This document shows, piece by piece, positions 1 to 11,488 of a stretch of DNA of 64,000 bases. The stretch's first letter is position 1, and every line of letters begins with the position of its first letter. Location: positions 18,928 through 82,927 of the forward strand of contig CADCWL010000035.1 of assembly GCA_902806405.1 (NCBI GenBank), written 5' to 3'. Made by a program: the position numbers and the translations under genes. The DNA is from an uncultured Thermomicrobiales bacterium (GTDB lineage: Bacteria > Chloroflexota > Chloroflexia > Thermomicrobiales > UBA6265). Below the pieces are notes generated by a model, which searched no databases, had not been told where the DNA came from, and worked only from the letters and a program-made list of their open reading frames with translations.

Positions 1-2075
1 TCCACGAGCGCTACGGAGCCGATCACGCGGCCATGGTCTGCGCCTACCCGACCTACAAGCTCCGCTCTGCCGTGCGCGAGGTCGGCAAGGCGCTTGGCCT
101 GCCGCCCACCGACCTCGACCGGATCGCCAAGCTAAGCGAGCCGCGCTCCGCCCGCGCCCTCGGCGAGGAGCTAGCCCGCATGCCGGAGTACGCCGCCCGC
201 CTCGCCGCGCCCCCCTGGTGCCACCTCGTCGAGCTCGCCGGCCAGCTTGCCGGCTTCCCCCGCCACGTCTCCCAGCACTCCGGCGGCATGATCGTCTCCT
301 CGACGCCGCTGGTCGAACTGGTTCCGGTCCAGCCGGCGGCGATGGCCGGCCGCTTCCTCTGCCAGTGGGACAAGGACTCCTGCGACGACGCTGGCTTCGT
401 CAAGATCGACTTCCTGGCGCTCGGCATGCTCTCGCTTGTTGAGGAGTGCCTGGAGCTGATCGTGGAGTCCGGGAAGCCGGCGGTCGACCTGAGCCGGATC
501 GACTTCGCCGACGAGCCGGTCTACGAGATGATCCGTCGGGGCGACACGGTCGGCGTCTTCCAGATCGAGAGCCGGGCTCAGATCCAGATGCTGCTCCGGA
601 CGCAGCCGAGCCGCCTGGAGCACCTCGTCGTCCAGGTCGCCATCGTCCGCCCCGGCCCGATCATCGGCGGCGCCGTCAACCCCTACGTCCGCCACCGCGA
701 GTGGCAGCGCCGCCACCCCGGCGTCCCCTTCCAACCCGACTACCTCCACCCGCTCCTGGAACCGGTGCTGGCGGAGACGCTCGGCGTCGTTCTTTACCAG
801 GAGCAGGTGCTGGGCGTAGCGATGGCGCTGGCCGGCTTCAGCGCCGGCCAGGCCGACCAGCTGCGGCGGGCGATGAGCCGCAAGCGCTCCCGCGAGGCGA
901 TGCTGAACCTTTGGCAGCAGTTCCGCCGCGGTGCCGAGCAGAACGGGGTCGACCCAGCAACGACGAGAACCGCCTTCGAGCAACTGCTCGGTTTCGCCGA
1001 GTACGGCTTCCCCAAAAGCCACGCCGCCGCCTTCGCCCTCCTCGCCTACCAGTCGTCGTGGCTGCGCTGCCACTACCCGGCGGAGTTCGCCTGCGCCCTG
1101 CTCAACAACCAACCAATGGGCTTCTACGCGCCGCACGTCCTGGTTAACGACGCCAAGCGCCACGGCGTCCGCGTCCTCCCCCCGAACGTCAACGAGAGCG
1201 ACGTCCGCTGCACCGTCGAGGGTGGTGCGGTCCGGATCGGCCTCGGCTACGTCGCCGACCTCGGCGAGGAGAACGCCGCCCGTCTCGTCCGCGAGCGGCA
1301 GGTGGACGGCCCCTACCGCTCACTGGCCGACCTCGTCCGCCGCGTGCCGCTGCGGCCGGAAGCGGCCGAGAACCTCGTCACCATCGGCGCCGCCGACGGC
1401 TTCGGTCTGGGCCGCCGCGAGGCGCTCTGGCAGCTCGGGCTCTTCCTGCCGGCGCGGCGCTTCGGCGGCGGCCGGACGGCGAAGGAGCCGGGCACCCAGC
1501 TCCCGCTGGCGCTGCCGGTCGCGCAGGACATGGTCGAACTGGCGCCGATGGGGCCGTGGGAGCAGATGGCGAACGACTACGACACCCTCGGCCTCTCGCC
1601 CCGCTACCACCCCCTCGGCCTGCTCCGCCCCCGCCTGCCGGACGGGATCGCCTCGACGGCCGACCTGGCGACCTTGCCGCACGGCCTCCTCGTCCGGGTC
1701 GCTGGCCTGGTCGTCTGCCGCCAGCGGCCGGGCACCGCGAAAGGGATCACCTTCCTGCTGCTGGAGGATGAGCACGGGTTGATCAACGTGATCGTCTATC
1801 CCGCGCTCTACGACGAGCAACGACACGTCGTCCGCGGCGAGCCGTTCCTCCTCATCGAGGGAAAGCTGCAGCGGCGCGACGGCACGATCAACGTCCTCGC
1901 CCACCGCGTCCGTCCCCTCGATGGCGCCCGCTCCGCCGTCTCGCCCCTCTCCGAGGCAAACCTCCCCGTAGCCCGCGACCTCGACGTCGTCCCCGCCAAG
2001 GAGCGCGCTGTCGAGGACGAGCGCCGGATCATCGACCTCCGCCCAATCGCGCCGGCGTCGCACAACTATCGGTAA
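1..2075 (+). CDS. dnaE2: DNA polymerase III alpha-subunit family protein, DnaE2-like error-prone polymerase. C-terminal ~690 aa only; the 5' end lies outside the window.
   Basis: The reading frame is open to the window edge. Pol III alpha motifs are present (HSGGMIVSS, QWDKDSCDDAGFVKIDFLALGML, VFQIESRAQ, GFPKSHAAAFA). The C-terminal OB-fold region (VRVAGLVVCRQRPGTAKGITFLLLEDEHGLINVIVYP) is typical of DnaE2/ImuC. Confidence 0.8.
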   Translation, partial: HERYGADHAAMVCAYPTYKLRSAVREVGKALGLPPTDLDRIAKLSEPRSARALGEELARMPEYAARLAAPPWCHLVELAGQLAGFPRHVSQHSGGMIVSSTPLVELVPVQPAAMAGRFLCQWDKDSCDDAGFVKIDFLALGMLSLVEECLELIVESGKPAVDLSRIDFADEPVYEMIRRGDTVGVFQIESRAQIQMLLRTQPSRLEHLVVQVAIVRPGPIIGGAVNPYVRHREWQRRHPGVPFQPDYLHPLLEPVLAETLGVVLYQEQVLGVAMALAGFSAGQADQLRRAMSRKRSREAMLNLWQQFRRGAEQNGVDPATTRTAFEQLLGFAEYGFPKSHAAAFALLAYQSSWLRCHYPAEFACALLNNQPMGFYAPHVLVNDAKRHGVRVLPPNVNESDVRCTVEGGAVRIGLGYVADLGEENAARLVRERQVDGPYRSLADLVRRVPLRPEAAENLVTIGAADGFGLGRREALWQLGLFLPARRFGGGRTAKEPGTQLPLALPVAQDMVELAPMGPWEQMANDYDTLGLSPRYHPLGLLRPRLPDGIASTADLATLPHGLLVRVAGLVVCRQRPGTAKGITFLLLEDEHGLINVIVYPALYDEQRHVVRGEPFLLIEGKLQRRDGTINVLAHRVRPLDGARSAVSPLSEANLPVARDLDVVPAKERAVEDERRIIDLRPIAPASHNYR

Positions 2076-2223
2076 TGGAGCGAAAGCGTCTCTTCAACGG
2101 ACCCCGCATGATTGCTGGTGATGCGCGGACCGCGTACAGCCCCATCGGGGGTTTCGTGGGTTCGGCCCGGTGGACTCAGTCCCGAACCTCCCACATGGCG
2201 CTAGCGTGCACCCCAACCCGGTG

Positions 2224-3339
2224 TCACCGGCCACAGGACGGAGCTGGAAGCGACGCGGGCACCGCAAGCGGCAGTTCGCCCGCAAGGTCCAGCCGAAGGA
2301 CCGTCCCCTCGCCGTCGTCGGCACCGAAGGCGGGGGAGGAAACGTAGAGTGCACCGTCCGGACCGAACTCCATCGACGTCGGCAACGCCAACCCCGTCAC
2401 CACAACCTCCGCTCCATCCGGTGCCGTCCGCCGGACGACGCGCCCGCTGCCCGGCGCAATCTCGCCGCCGTCGTCGCCGTAGCCGGTCGCCATTTCCAGA
2501 GCGTAGAGCCCGCCCACGGTGTCCACGGCGAGACCCGTGATCAGGCTCAAGCCGGTCCAGGCGTCGGTCACCGATCCGTCGGCGGCGACCCGGACCACCT
2601 TCGCCGTCCCCTCGGTGTAGGGGGAGATGGAGAAGTAGGCGACGTAGACGCCGCCGTCCGGGGCGGGGGCGATGCCGGTCGGGATCGGGTGCCCACGCGA
2701 GAGGTCCGCGACCCGGCTCACCTCGCCATCCAGACCCAGCCGCAGCAGCTGATTGCTGTTCCCCTCGGTAGCAAGGAAGCCGTCGCCGTCCGGCAGCAGC
2801 GCGTACGGCTGCCCATCCGTGTCGTAGTCCCCCGGCACGGCGACCACCGGGTTGCCGCGGATAAAGGAACTGACGTCAGCGGCGAGCGCTAACCTGCCGT
2901 CCGCCTCCACCCGGTAGAGCCCGTTCACCGCCGCGCCCCCGTCGATGTTTCCCCCCGCGACCAGGGCGTACAGGTCGCCGTCGAGGAAGGCAACGTCCGC
3001 CACCCCGACCGGTGCCCCAAAGACGACGCGGGAGGTCGGCACCCCCTCCACCAGGGCCGTCGCACAACCGTCGACCACGCGCGCCGCGCCGGCGTCCCCG
3101 CCGACCCGCCCGGCAAGGGCGATCACCATTCCGCCATCATCGCCAAAGGCGAACCCGCGCGGGTTAACGAGACCGCCCGCAACCACCTGCACCGGTTCGC
3201 CCGCAACCGGCGTTGCCCGGGTGGAGACCGACGGCACCGCGCCCAGCCCAAGGAGCAGCACGGCCAGCACGCCCCGCCACAGCACCGCCCGGTCGAACAC
3301 GGTCCCCTCCCCTCCCGGCGCCGACCGGTGCCGGATCAC
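2224..3339 (-). CDS. Secreted beta-propeller repeat protein (NHL/SMP-30-like, ScyD/ScyE-type)
   Basis: N-terminal hydrophobic signal-like segment (VLAVLLLGLGAVPS). Repeated blade-like motifs (GLVNPRGFAFGDDG, DGDLYALVAGG, PTGIAPAPDGGVYVAY, GLAVDTVGGLYALE, PTSMEFGPDGALYVSS). The start could instead be the GTG at 3300. Confidence 0.6.
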   Translation of the reverse strand: MIRHRSAPGGEGTVFDRAVLWRGVLAVLLLGLGAVPSVSTRATPVAGEPVQVVAGGLVNPRGFAFGDDGGMVIALAGRVGGDAGAARVVDGCATALVEGVPTSRVVFGAPVGVADVAFLDGDLYALVAGGNIDGGAAVNGLYRVEADGRLALAADVSSFIRGNPVVAVPGDYDTDGQPYALLPDGDGFLATEGNSNQLLRLGLDGEVSRVADLSRGHPIPTGIAPAPDGGVYVAYFSISPYTEGTAKVVRVAADGSVTDAWTGLSLITGLAVDTVGGLYALEMATGYGDDGGEIAPGSGRVVRRTAPDGAEVVVTGLALPTSMEFGPDGALYVSSPAFGADDGEGTVLRLDLAGELPLAVPASLPAPSCGR

Positions 3340-3430
3340 CGGTGCCGGGTCAGACGTCCACCACCATCCGCAGGATCAACGGCCGCCGTCGCGTCCGCCG
3401 GTAGAGGTAGGTGGCCGTCACGTCCCGCAA

Positions 3431-4258
3431 TCACCTGCTCAGGTAGCTAACGTCGTCGCGACCGTTTGCAGCGGTGCCGAACGTCTCCCGGAGGTGCCCC
3501 TTCGTCTCTTGGAGCAACTCACCCGACCGCTGCTCGTGGACGAAGCCGCGGGTCACGATCTCCAGCCCGGACACGATCAAGCCCGTCTCCCGGTCGACCC
3601 CGACGATCACGAGCAGGCCGCCTTCGCGCGCCAGCGCACGCCGGTCGCGGACCACAACATCGCCGACCTCGCCGACGGTCGTGCCGTCCACGTACACCTA
3701 CCCCGCCTCGACCCGGTCGGTTACCGCCGCCTTCTCCGAGCTGATCTCGACCACGTCGCCGACCTCGGCGAAGGTGATCCGCTCCCTCGACACCCCAACC
3801 TCGGCCGCCAGATCGGCATGGAGGGCCATGTGGCGGTGCTCGCCGTGGAACGGCAGGACGTCGGCCGGGCCGGTCAAACCAGCATCCGTCGCAGCTCGTC
3901 GCGACTCGCGTAGCCGGAGACCTGGACCAGCGCAAGCGAAACGCAAATCACTTCGGCCCCGACCCGGAAGAGCCGGCTGATAACCCGGTACAGCGCCGTC
4001 TCGTTGCCCGGGATGGGCGTCGCCGTGACGACGACCGTGTCACCCTCGCCGATGGCGGCCTCCCGGTGGTCACCGCTCGCGATCCGGTTCAGCGCCGCCA
4101 TCGGCTCCCCCCGGGAGCCGGTCACCGCTTAGACAACCTCCTCGTCCGGTAGCTGCGCCGCCTGACGCGGCTCGATCAGCAGGCGCTCTGGGTCCGTGAG
4201 GTAGGCGAGCTCCGGCGCCATCCGCCAGAAAAGATCCGGGAACCCGTCCCACCTCCGT
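3431..4258 (-). pseudogene. rnj: Ribonuclease J remnant: 5'-truncated, with two in-frame stops and one frameshift
   Basis: Four collinear pieces match the RNase J C-terminal half: LAYLTDPERLLIEPRQAAQLPDEEVV, then TAA at 4129-4131; AVTGSRGEPMAALNRIASGDHREAAIGEGDTVVVTATPIPGNE...VQVSGYASRDELRRMLV, then a frameshift near 3875-3895; LTGPADVLPFHGEHRHM...RVEAG, then TAG at 3698-3700; VYVDGTTVGEVGDVVVRDRRALAREGGLLVIVGVD. The N-terminal metallo-beta-lactamase domain is absent, because the remnant abuts the UDG stop at 4259. The SGH motif reads SGY. Confidence 0.8.
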
Positions 4259-5074
4259 CTAGAACAACGTCATCTGCTCGGACGCCGGACCAGCGCGCTC
4301 CGTCTCGACTTCGCGCTCCCGCTCCGCCTCGGCCAGGAACTTGGGCAGCTTGGCAAAGTCGTCCTCGATCGCGCCCCGCAATGCCCCCTGATGGAGCGCC
4401 GCTGCCGGGTGGTACATCGGCACGATCAGCCGCTTGCCGTCCCGCTTCGGTTGGCCGTGGATGCGGGAGATCCGCTCACCGGGGAACCAGCGCGCCATCG
4501 AGAAGCGTCCGAGGGTGACGATCACCTCCGGGTCGATTGCCGCAATCTGCCGCTCCAGATAGGGGGCGCAGGCGGCGATCTCGTCCGGCAGCGGGTCGCG
4601 GTTGCCCGGCGGTCGGCACTTGACGACGTTGGTGATGAAAACGTCCTCCCGGGAGAGCCCGGCCTTCGCCAGCAGCTCGCCCAAAAACTTCCCAGCGTTG
4701 CCGATGAAGGGCCGACCCCGCTGATCCTCGTGCCAGCCCGGTCCTTCGCCGATGAGCATCACCCGCGCCTTGGGATCACCTTCTCCCGGGACGGCGTGCG
4801 TCCGGGTGCGGGAAAGCTCGCACTTCGGGCAGACGCGAACCTCGGCCGCGACCTGATCCAATGCCTCGCTAGATCGCTCTTCACCCTCGGCCACCGTCTC
4901 CCCCAACCCGTGCCTGCGCGGCAAACCCGATCGAGTATAGCGGAGCCGCGGAGACGCCCCCAGCGCGACCGTCGCTCGGCTCATAGCCGCTCTTGGAATC
5001 GGTGGTCGACCGAAAGCCCCCGGCTCGGTGGGCCGCGGCGCCCTCCAACCCGGCCCTGCAGGGAAGCCGATCAC
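4259..5074 (-). CDS. udg: Uracil-DNA glycosylase, family 4 (Fe-S type)
   Basis: Motifs VCPKCELSRTRTH, LIGEGPGWHEDQRGRPFIGNAGKFL, VVKCRPPGNRDP and MYHPAAALH. The GTG at 5074 overlaps the upstream stop (GTGA at 5071-5074). An internal ATG at 4984 is an alternative start. Confidence 0.85.
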   Translation of the reverse strand: MIGFPAGPGWRAPRPTEPGAFGRPPIPRAAMSRATVALGASPRLRYTRSGLPRRHGLGETVAEGEERSSEALDQVAAEVRVCPKCELSRTRTHAVPGEGDPKARVMLIGEGPGWHEDQRGRPFIGNAGKFLGELLAKAGLSREDVFITNVVKCRPPGNRDPLPDEIAACAPYLERQIAAIDPEVIVTLGRFSMARWFPGERISRIHGQPKRDGKRLIVPMYHPAAALHQGALRGAIEDDFAKLPKFLAEAEREREVETERAGPASEQMTLF

Positions 5075-7140
5075 CCGTCCGTCAAGCTCACGGACGTCGT
5101 CTCCTGCGGCGCAGCACCGTCAGATCCGTCGTCCTCGTCCGGATCGACCGTTCGCAGGTCGGTGGTCAGATCGGCGGTGGTAAGCGCCAGCGCGCGGGCC
5201 GCGAGCGCCCCAAAATGTGGAACCGCCGGTGGGGGTGGCACGGGCAGGATCGACGGGTGGTCGGCGTGCTGGTACAGCCACCGGTTCAGGATGTTCGTCT
5301 CATCCACTGCCGCGTGGTCGACCGGCACGACCGCCCGCGCCGAGCAACGATCCCAGGCCGCCGCCAGCCGCTCCCCCAGGGCGTCCCCTCCGTCGGCGTG
5401 CCGCCCCCGGATCTGTGCCCAGAGCTGGCCTCCGGCCACGAGCAGAATCTCCCGCGCGTCCTGCTCGACCGAGGGGAGCACAACGAGGAGGGTCTGCGTC
5501 TCGGCAGCCTCTCGGAGACGGCGCTGCGCACCCACCACGCTGTTCACCTGCAGCAGATCCCGCCGCAGCCGCGCGGCCCGCTCGAAGTCGAGCTTTTGGA
5601 CCGTTTCCTCCAGCCCGGCCCACAGCAATTCGTACAGGGTCCCGTCGCGGCCGTCGAGAAAGGCGACGACGTCTCGGACGAGCGCCGCGTAGCGATCCCG
5701 GTCGGCCCGCCCCACGCAGGGACCAAGGCAGCGCCCCAGGTCGAGCTCCAGGCACGGCTTGCCGTAGGAGCGGGCGTCCTTGAAGGAGCGGGTGCAGGTT
5801 CGGATCGGCACCACCCGATTGACCAGGTCGACCGTCTTGCGGGCGCCGGTCTTATTCCGGAACGGCCCGAAGTAGCGGGCACCGTCGTCCTTCCGGGCCT
5901 TTGCGAGCGTCACCCGCGGCCAGGGGGTGGCGACGTCGACCCGGATGTAGGGGTAGTGCTCGAAGGAGCGGAGCGCCGTGTTGTAGCGCGGCTGGTAGCG
6001 CTTGATCAACTGCGACTCGAGCAGCAGGGCCTCGAGCTCGGAACCGACCACCTCGACGTCGATTTTGGCCAGCGACTCGAGCAGTCCATCCATCTTCCGC
6101 GTGTAGCCGAGCGGTTGGGAGTAATAGGAGCCGACCCGGTCGCGAAGGTTCTTCGCCTTGCCGACGTAGACGATCCGGTCGCCGGCGTCGCGCATCAGGT
6201 AGACCCCTGGCGCCTTCGGGATGTCGGCCAGCAGCGACCGGTCGAGCACGGCGTGCCCGCGACCGACCCGTTCCCGCGGTTTCGCGGGCAGCGCCCCGCC
6301 CAACCGCTTCAGCTCGTCGAGCGAGCTCACCCCCTGTTCTCGGGCGAGATCGGCGAGCCGGAGCGCGACCTCGGCGGTCAGGGCGGCATCAGCACCGGCG
6401 CGATGGAGCTTGCGTCCGTCCGGCGCCAACCCGAGCGCCTGGGCGACCGCCGCGAGTTTCGGCTTGCGGATGCCAGGGATGAGCCGGGTCGCGAGGCCGA
6501 GGGTGTCGAGCCGGTCATTGACGAGGACCGGCCGCGCGGCGCGCTTCAGCTCGGCGTTGACGAATCCAAGGTCGAAGCCGACGTTGTGGCCGACGACCGG
6601 TAGCTCCGCGACGAGGTCGACGAGTTCGGTCGCGATCGCCTCGAAGCGGGGGGCGTCGGCGACCTCCTCCCCGGTGATGCCGGTCAGCTCGGTGATGTAC
6701 TTGGGGATGCGTTTTTCCGGGTTGACCAAAGTCTCGAGACGCCCGGTCTCTCGCCCCTCGTGGTATCGGATGGCCGCGATCTCTATCACCCGCTGCTGCA
6801 TGGGGCGGAGTCCGGTCGTCTCGACGTCCAGGACGACGAAGTCCGCCAGGACGATCCCGGGGGCATCGGTCGCGACGCCGGGGAGCACCCAGTAGCCGTC
6901 GGGCCTGAGCGAGAGACCGTCCTCCGATCCCAGCATCCTCCGTAGGAGCGGCCGCCAGATGACGGGAGAGCCGACGCTGCCGAAGACGTGGCCGACCAGG
7001 ACGTCTTCGTGCGCGGAACCGCCCCGCTCCCGAACGAAGGCCGCAGCCCGCTCGCCAAGGTGGGCGTACCGCTCCCCTGCAGCGCCGACCATGGGCCCGA
7101 TGGCGGACATCTGGTTCGACTTCGGTTCACCGAGTTCCAT
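5071..7140 (-). CDS. DEDDh (DnaQ-like) 3'-5' exonuclease fused to a GIY-YIG/UvrC-N-terminal (Cho-like) nuclease
   Basis: Exonuclease motifs VVLDVETTGL, GHNVGFDLGFV and HRAGADAALTAEV. GIY-YIG motifs PGVYLMRDAGDRIVYVGKAKNLRDRV and ELEALLLESQLIKRYQPRYN. UvrC-like Cys region RTCTRSFKDARSYGKPCLELDLGRCLGPCVG and UVR motif FERAARLRRDL. There is no C-terminal EndoV/HhH half. The ORF is open to 7251, but codons 1-37 are A/T-ending rich and contain a TACAAT -10-like hexamer (7240-7245), so I prefer ATG 7140, with 7110 as an alternative. Confidence 0.8.
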   Translation of the reverse strand: MELGEPKSNQMSAIGPMVGAAGERYAHLGERAAAFVRERGGSAHEDVLVGHVFGSVGSPVIWRPLLRRMLGSEDGLSLRPDGYWVLPGVATDAPGIVLADFVVLDVETTGLRPMQQRVIEIAAIRYHEGRETGRLETLVNPEKRIPKYITELTGITGEEVADAPRFEAIATELVDLVAELPVVGHNVGFDLGFVNAELKRAARPVLVNDRLDTLGLATRLIPGIRKPKLAAVAQALGLAPDGRKLHRAGADAALTAEVALRLADLAREQGVSSLDELKRLGGALPAKPRERVGRGHAVLDRSLLADIPKAPGVYLMRDAGDRIVYVGKAKNLRDRVGSYYSQPLGYTRKMDGLLESLAKIDVEVVGSELEALLLESQLIKRYQPRYNTALRSFEHYPYIRVDVATPWPRVTLAKARKDDGARYFGPFRNKTGARKTVDLVNRVVPIRTCTRSFKDARSYGKPCLELDLGRCLGPCVGRADRDRYAALVRDVVAFLDGRDGTLYELLWAGLEETVQKLDFERAARLRRDLLQVNSVVGAQRRLREAAETQTLLVVLPSVEQDAREILLVAGGQLWAQIRGRHADGGDALGERLAAAWDRCSARAVVPVDHAAVDETNILNRWLYQHADHPSILPVPPPPAVPHFGALAARALALTTADLTTDLRTVDPDEDDGSDGAAPQETTSVSLTDG

Positions 7141-7209
7141 CGCGGCCCACGTCTCTTGCCCGACCGGGCACCCATGCCGGCGCTCGGTCGGCGTCACGCC
7201 CTGTGCTAA

Positions 7210-9647
<2,438 letters not shown>

Positions 9648-9828
9648 CCACGCGGGCCCCGGGGCCATCGGCAGTCGTTGCGATTCCTAGCCCCCACGAC
9701 CACGAGGGATCGGCCGAGGAGTTGGCCGGACACGCTCAAGTCGAGGGTCAGGGCGCGGAACGTACCCGTAGACCATAAGGACGCTGCAGCATCCGAATCG
9801 TCTTGACCGCTCTGAGTGCGTTCTGCCA

Positions 9829-10401
9829 CTACGGCGTCGTCGTCCCCGGCTTGACGAGAGGTACGCCGTGGGCGCAGAGCGGACATTCTTCGGCCACCCA
9901 AGTCGTGACGTCGAGCGTCGCCAGGGCCAGCAGCGGCACGTCGAGATTGGTCCGCCCGCCCGAGCGATCGATCAGCACGGCGACGCCGATGATCTCAACC
10001 GGGTGTGAGGCGAGCGCCGCGAGCGTCTCCCGGACCGAACCGCCCGTGGTCAGGATGTCATCGACCACGAGCACCCGACCCCCTGGCACGAAGCGGGTGC
10101 CACGGCGAATCTCTCGGGCCGGCTCCCCGCCGTCCCGACGTTCGGCGTACGCGGCGGCCACATCGAGCTGCCGCGCAACCTCGAACGCGAGCAGGATTCC
10201 ACCGGTGGTCGGGCCGACAACCACGTCGACAGTCTCCCTCCGGAAGTGTTCCGCGATCTGCGCGCAGACCGCCTCGGTCGCTCTCGGCCACCGCAGCAGG
10301 TCGAACTTCTCCACGTAACGGTCGCTATGCCGGCCCGAGGCAAGGAGGAAATGCCCCTCCTTGAGCGCCCCGACGGCCCGGAGCCGGTCGAGCAGATCCA
10401 T
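9829..10401 (-). CDS. pyrE: Orotate phosphoribosyltransferase
   Basis: PRPP-binding motif VLVVDDILTTGGSVRE. N-terminus MDLLDRLRAVGALKEGHFLLASGRHSDRY. An alternative GTG at 10422 forms a GTGA overlap with the upstream stop. Confidence 0.9.
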   Translation of the reverse strand: MDLLDRLRAVGALKEGHFLLASGRHSDRYVEKFDLLRWPRATEAVCAQIAEHFRRETVDVVVGPTTGGILLAFEVARQLDVAAAYAERRDGGEPAREIRRGTRFVPGGRVLVVDDILTTGGSVRETLAALASHPVEIIGVAVLIDRSGGRTNLDVPLLALATLDVTTWVAEECPLCAHGVPLVKPGTTTP

Positions 10402-10418
10402 TGCGACCCATCCTTGTC

Positions 10419-11488
10419 TCACGCAAAACGGTACGGCACGACGTAGAAGGCGATTCCGAGCATGGCGAAGAGCGCGACGAGGTATGCCCCCTCCAACCGG
10501 TTCGACTCCGCGTCCAAGGACATCGGAACGGCAATCAGGGAACCTACGACGAGCGCGACCAGGTCGCAGCGGTTCAAGAGAAGCGTCATCGGCTTCCCGA
10601 GCGGCCTGCTGGCGAGGACCGGCACCGGCGTCACAAAGAGCGCGACCTGCAAGCCCGAACCGACTGCGATCCCGAGGGTCAAGTCCGTCTCGCTGCTGAC
10701 AGCCAATCAGACGGCCATGAGGTGCTTGGCGACGTCACCAACCAACGGCCCCTGCATGATGCCGACGAAAAGCCTGCTCAATCCCCAGCTTTTAGCGGTG
10801 GATTCGAGGGAACCGACCAAGATCTCCCTCATGACGACGATGGCGATCGTGGCGAGAGTCAGGATGCCGAGCGCGATGGGCAGACGCCTAGTCACCCTAT
10901 ACGTCTCGTGCCCCTGAACCTTCTCCTCCGGCGACTTTTGGCGGAGGGAGAGGATCAGGTAGGGCACGTAGAGAACGATCAAGAAAACCGCCAGGCCGTC
11001 GCTCAGAAACACGATGTCCTGCTCACTCGGCCTCATCTCGCCGCCGACCAGATTAAGAACCGCCGGGATCGCGGGCGCCGCGACAGCAAGCATCAGCATC
11101 GTCGCGTTCGTGCCGGCCGCCTTCGCATTTGATGACTGGATCCCGTTCCGAGGGCCGCTGCAGTGGAGGGACAAGCCCAGCACGACCATAGTGTGGCCGA
11201 AGATCGATTGGGCAATGCTCGCCCTGACGACATCGACGAGCCGTTTCCGGAGGGCGACTATGGGGATGACCAGCGCCGCGGCGTCGACGGGAGTGGCGTC
11301 GAGGAGGGCTCCGAACTTCGGGCTCGTGTAGGTCGCCGTCTCGTCCGGCGTCCGGCCGAGCACCACTGCCAGGGGACGAGCGCCAGGGCCGACGAGATGA
11401 GGATGGCCAGATGCCCACCGATCCCGCCGACCTCCAGTATGCGCGTGATCGGGACGAGCACCAGCAGGATGTACCAAATCCGCATCAT
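10419..11488 (-). pseudogene. cax: Ca2+/H+ antiporter (CaCA/ChaA-YfkE family), decayed: one frameshift, one in-frame TGA, both alpha-repeat motifs mutated
   Basis: N-terminal piece MMRIWYILLVLVPITRILEVGGIGGHLAILISSALALVP (frame A) continues as LAVVLGRTPDETATYTSPKFGALLDATPVDAAALVIPIVAL in frame B. The shift occurs at a C4 run (11372-11375). An in-frame TGA at 10707-10709 is followed by LAVSSETDLTLGIAVGSGLQVALFV. The conserved GNAAE motifs read VDAAA and GDVAK. The ATG at 11488 overlaps the pyrD stop (ATGA). Confidence 0.8.

Noticed and set aside
2136-2200. Small hairpins (CCCC-atc-GGGG-TTT and GGTTCGG...CCGAACC) between the convergent dnaE2 and the beta-propeller gene, considered as terminators. 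The GGTTCG word was also checked as a tRNA T-arm.
   Set aside because: The stems are short (4 and 7 bp), with a large loop in the second. No tRNA cloverleaf can be drawn. This is too weak to annotate.
7114-7128. GTTC-N7-GTTC direct repeat resembling an alphaproteobacterial LexA box near the exonuclease/ligA divergent region.
   Set aside because: It lies inside the probable coding sequence (between candidate starts 7140 and 7110) rather than in the promoter. The motif type does not fit the presumed lineage, and it is a single occurrence.
10707-10709. In-frame TGA in the antiporter gene, considered as possible selenocysteine or read-through recoding. The same was considered for the TAG/TAA stops in the RNase J remnant.
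   Set aside because: The same genes also carry frameshifts, truncation and loss of catalytic residues. There is no SECIS-like context at a position expected to be Cys/Sec. Pseudogenisation is the simpler explanation.
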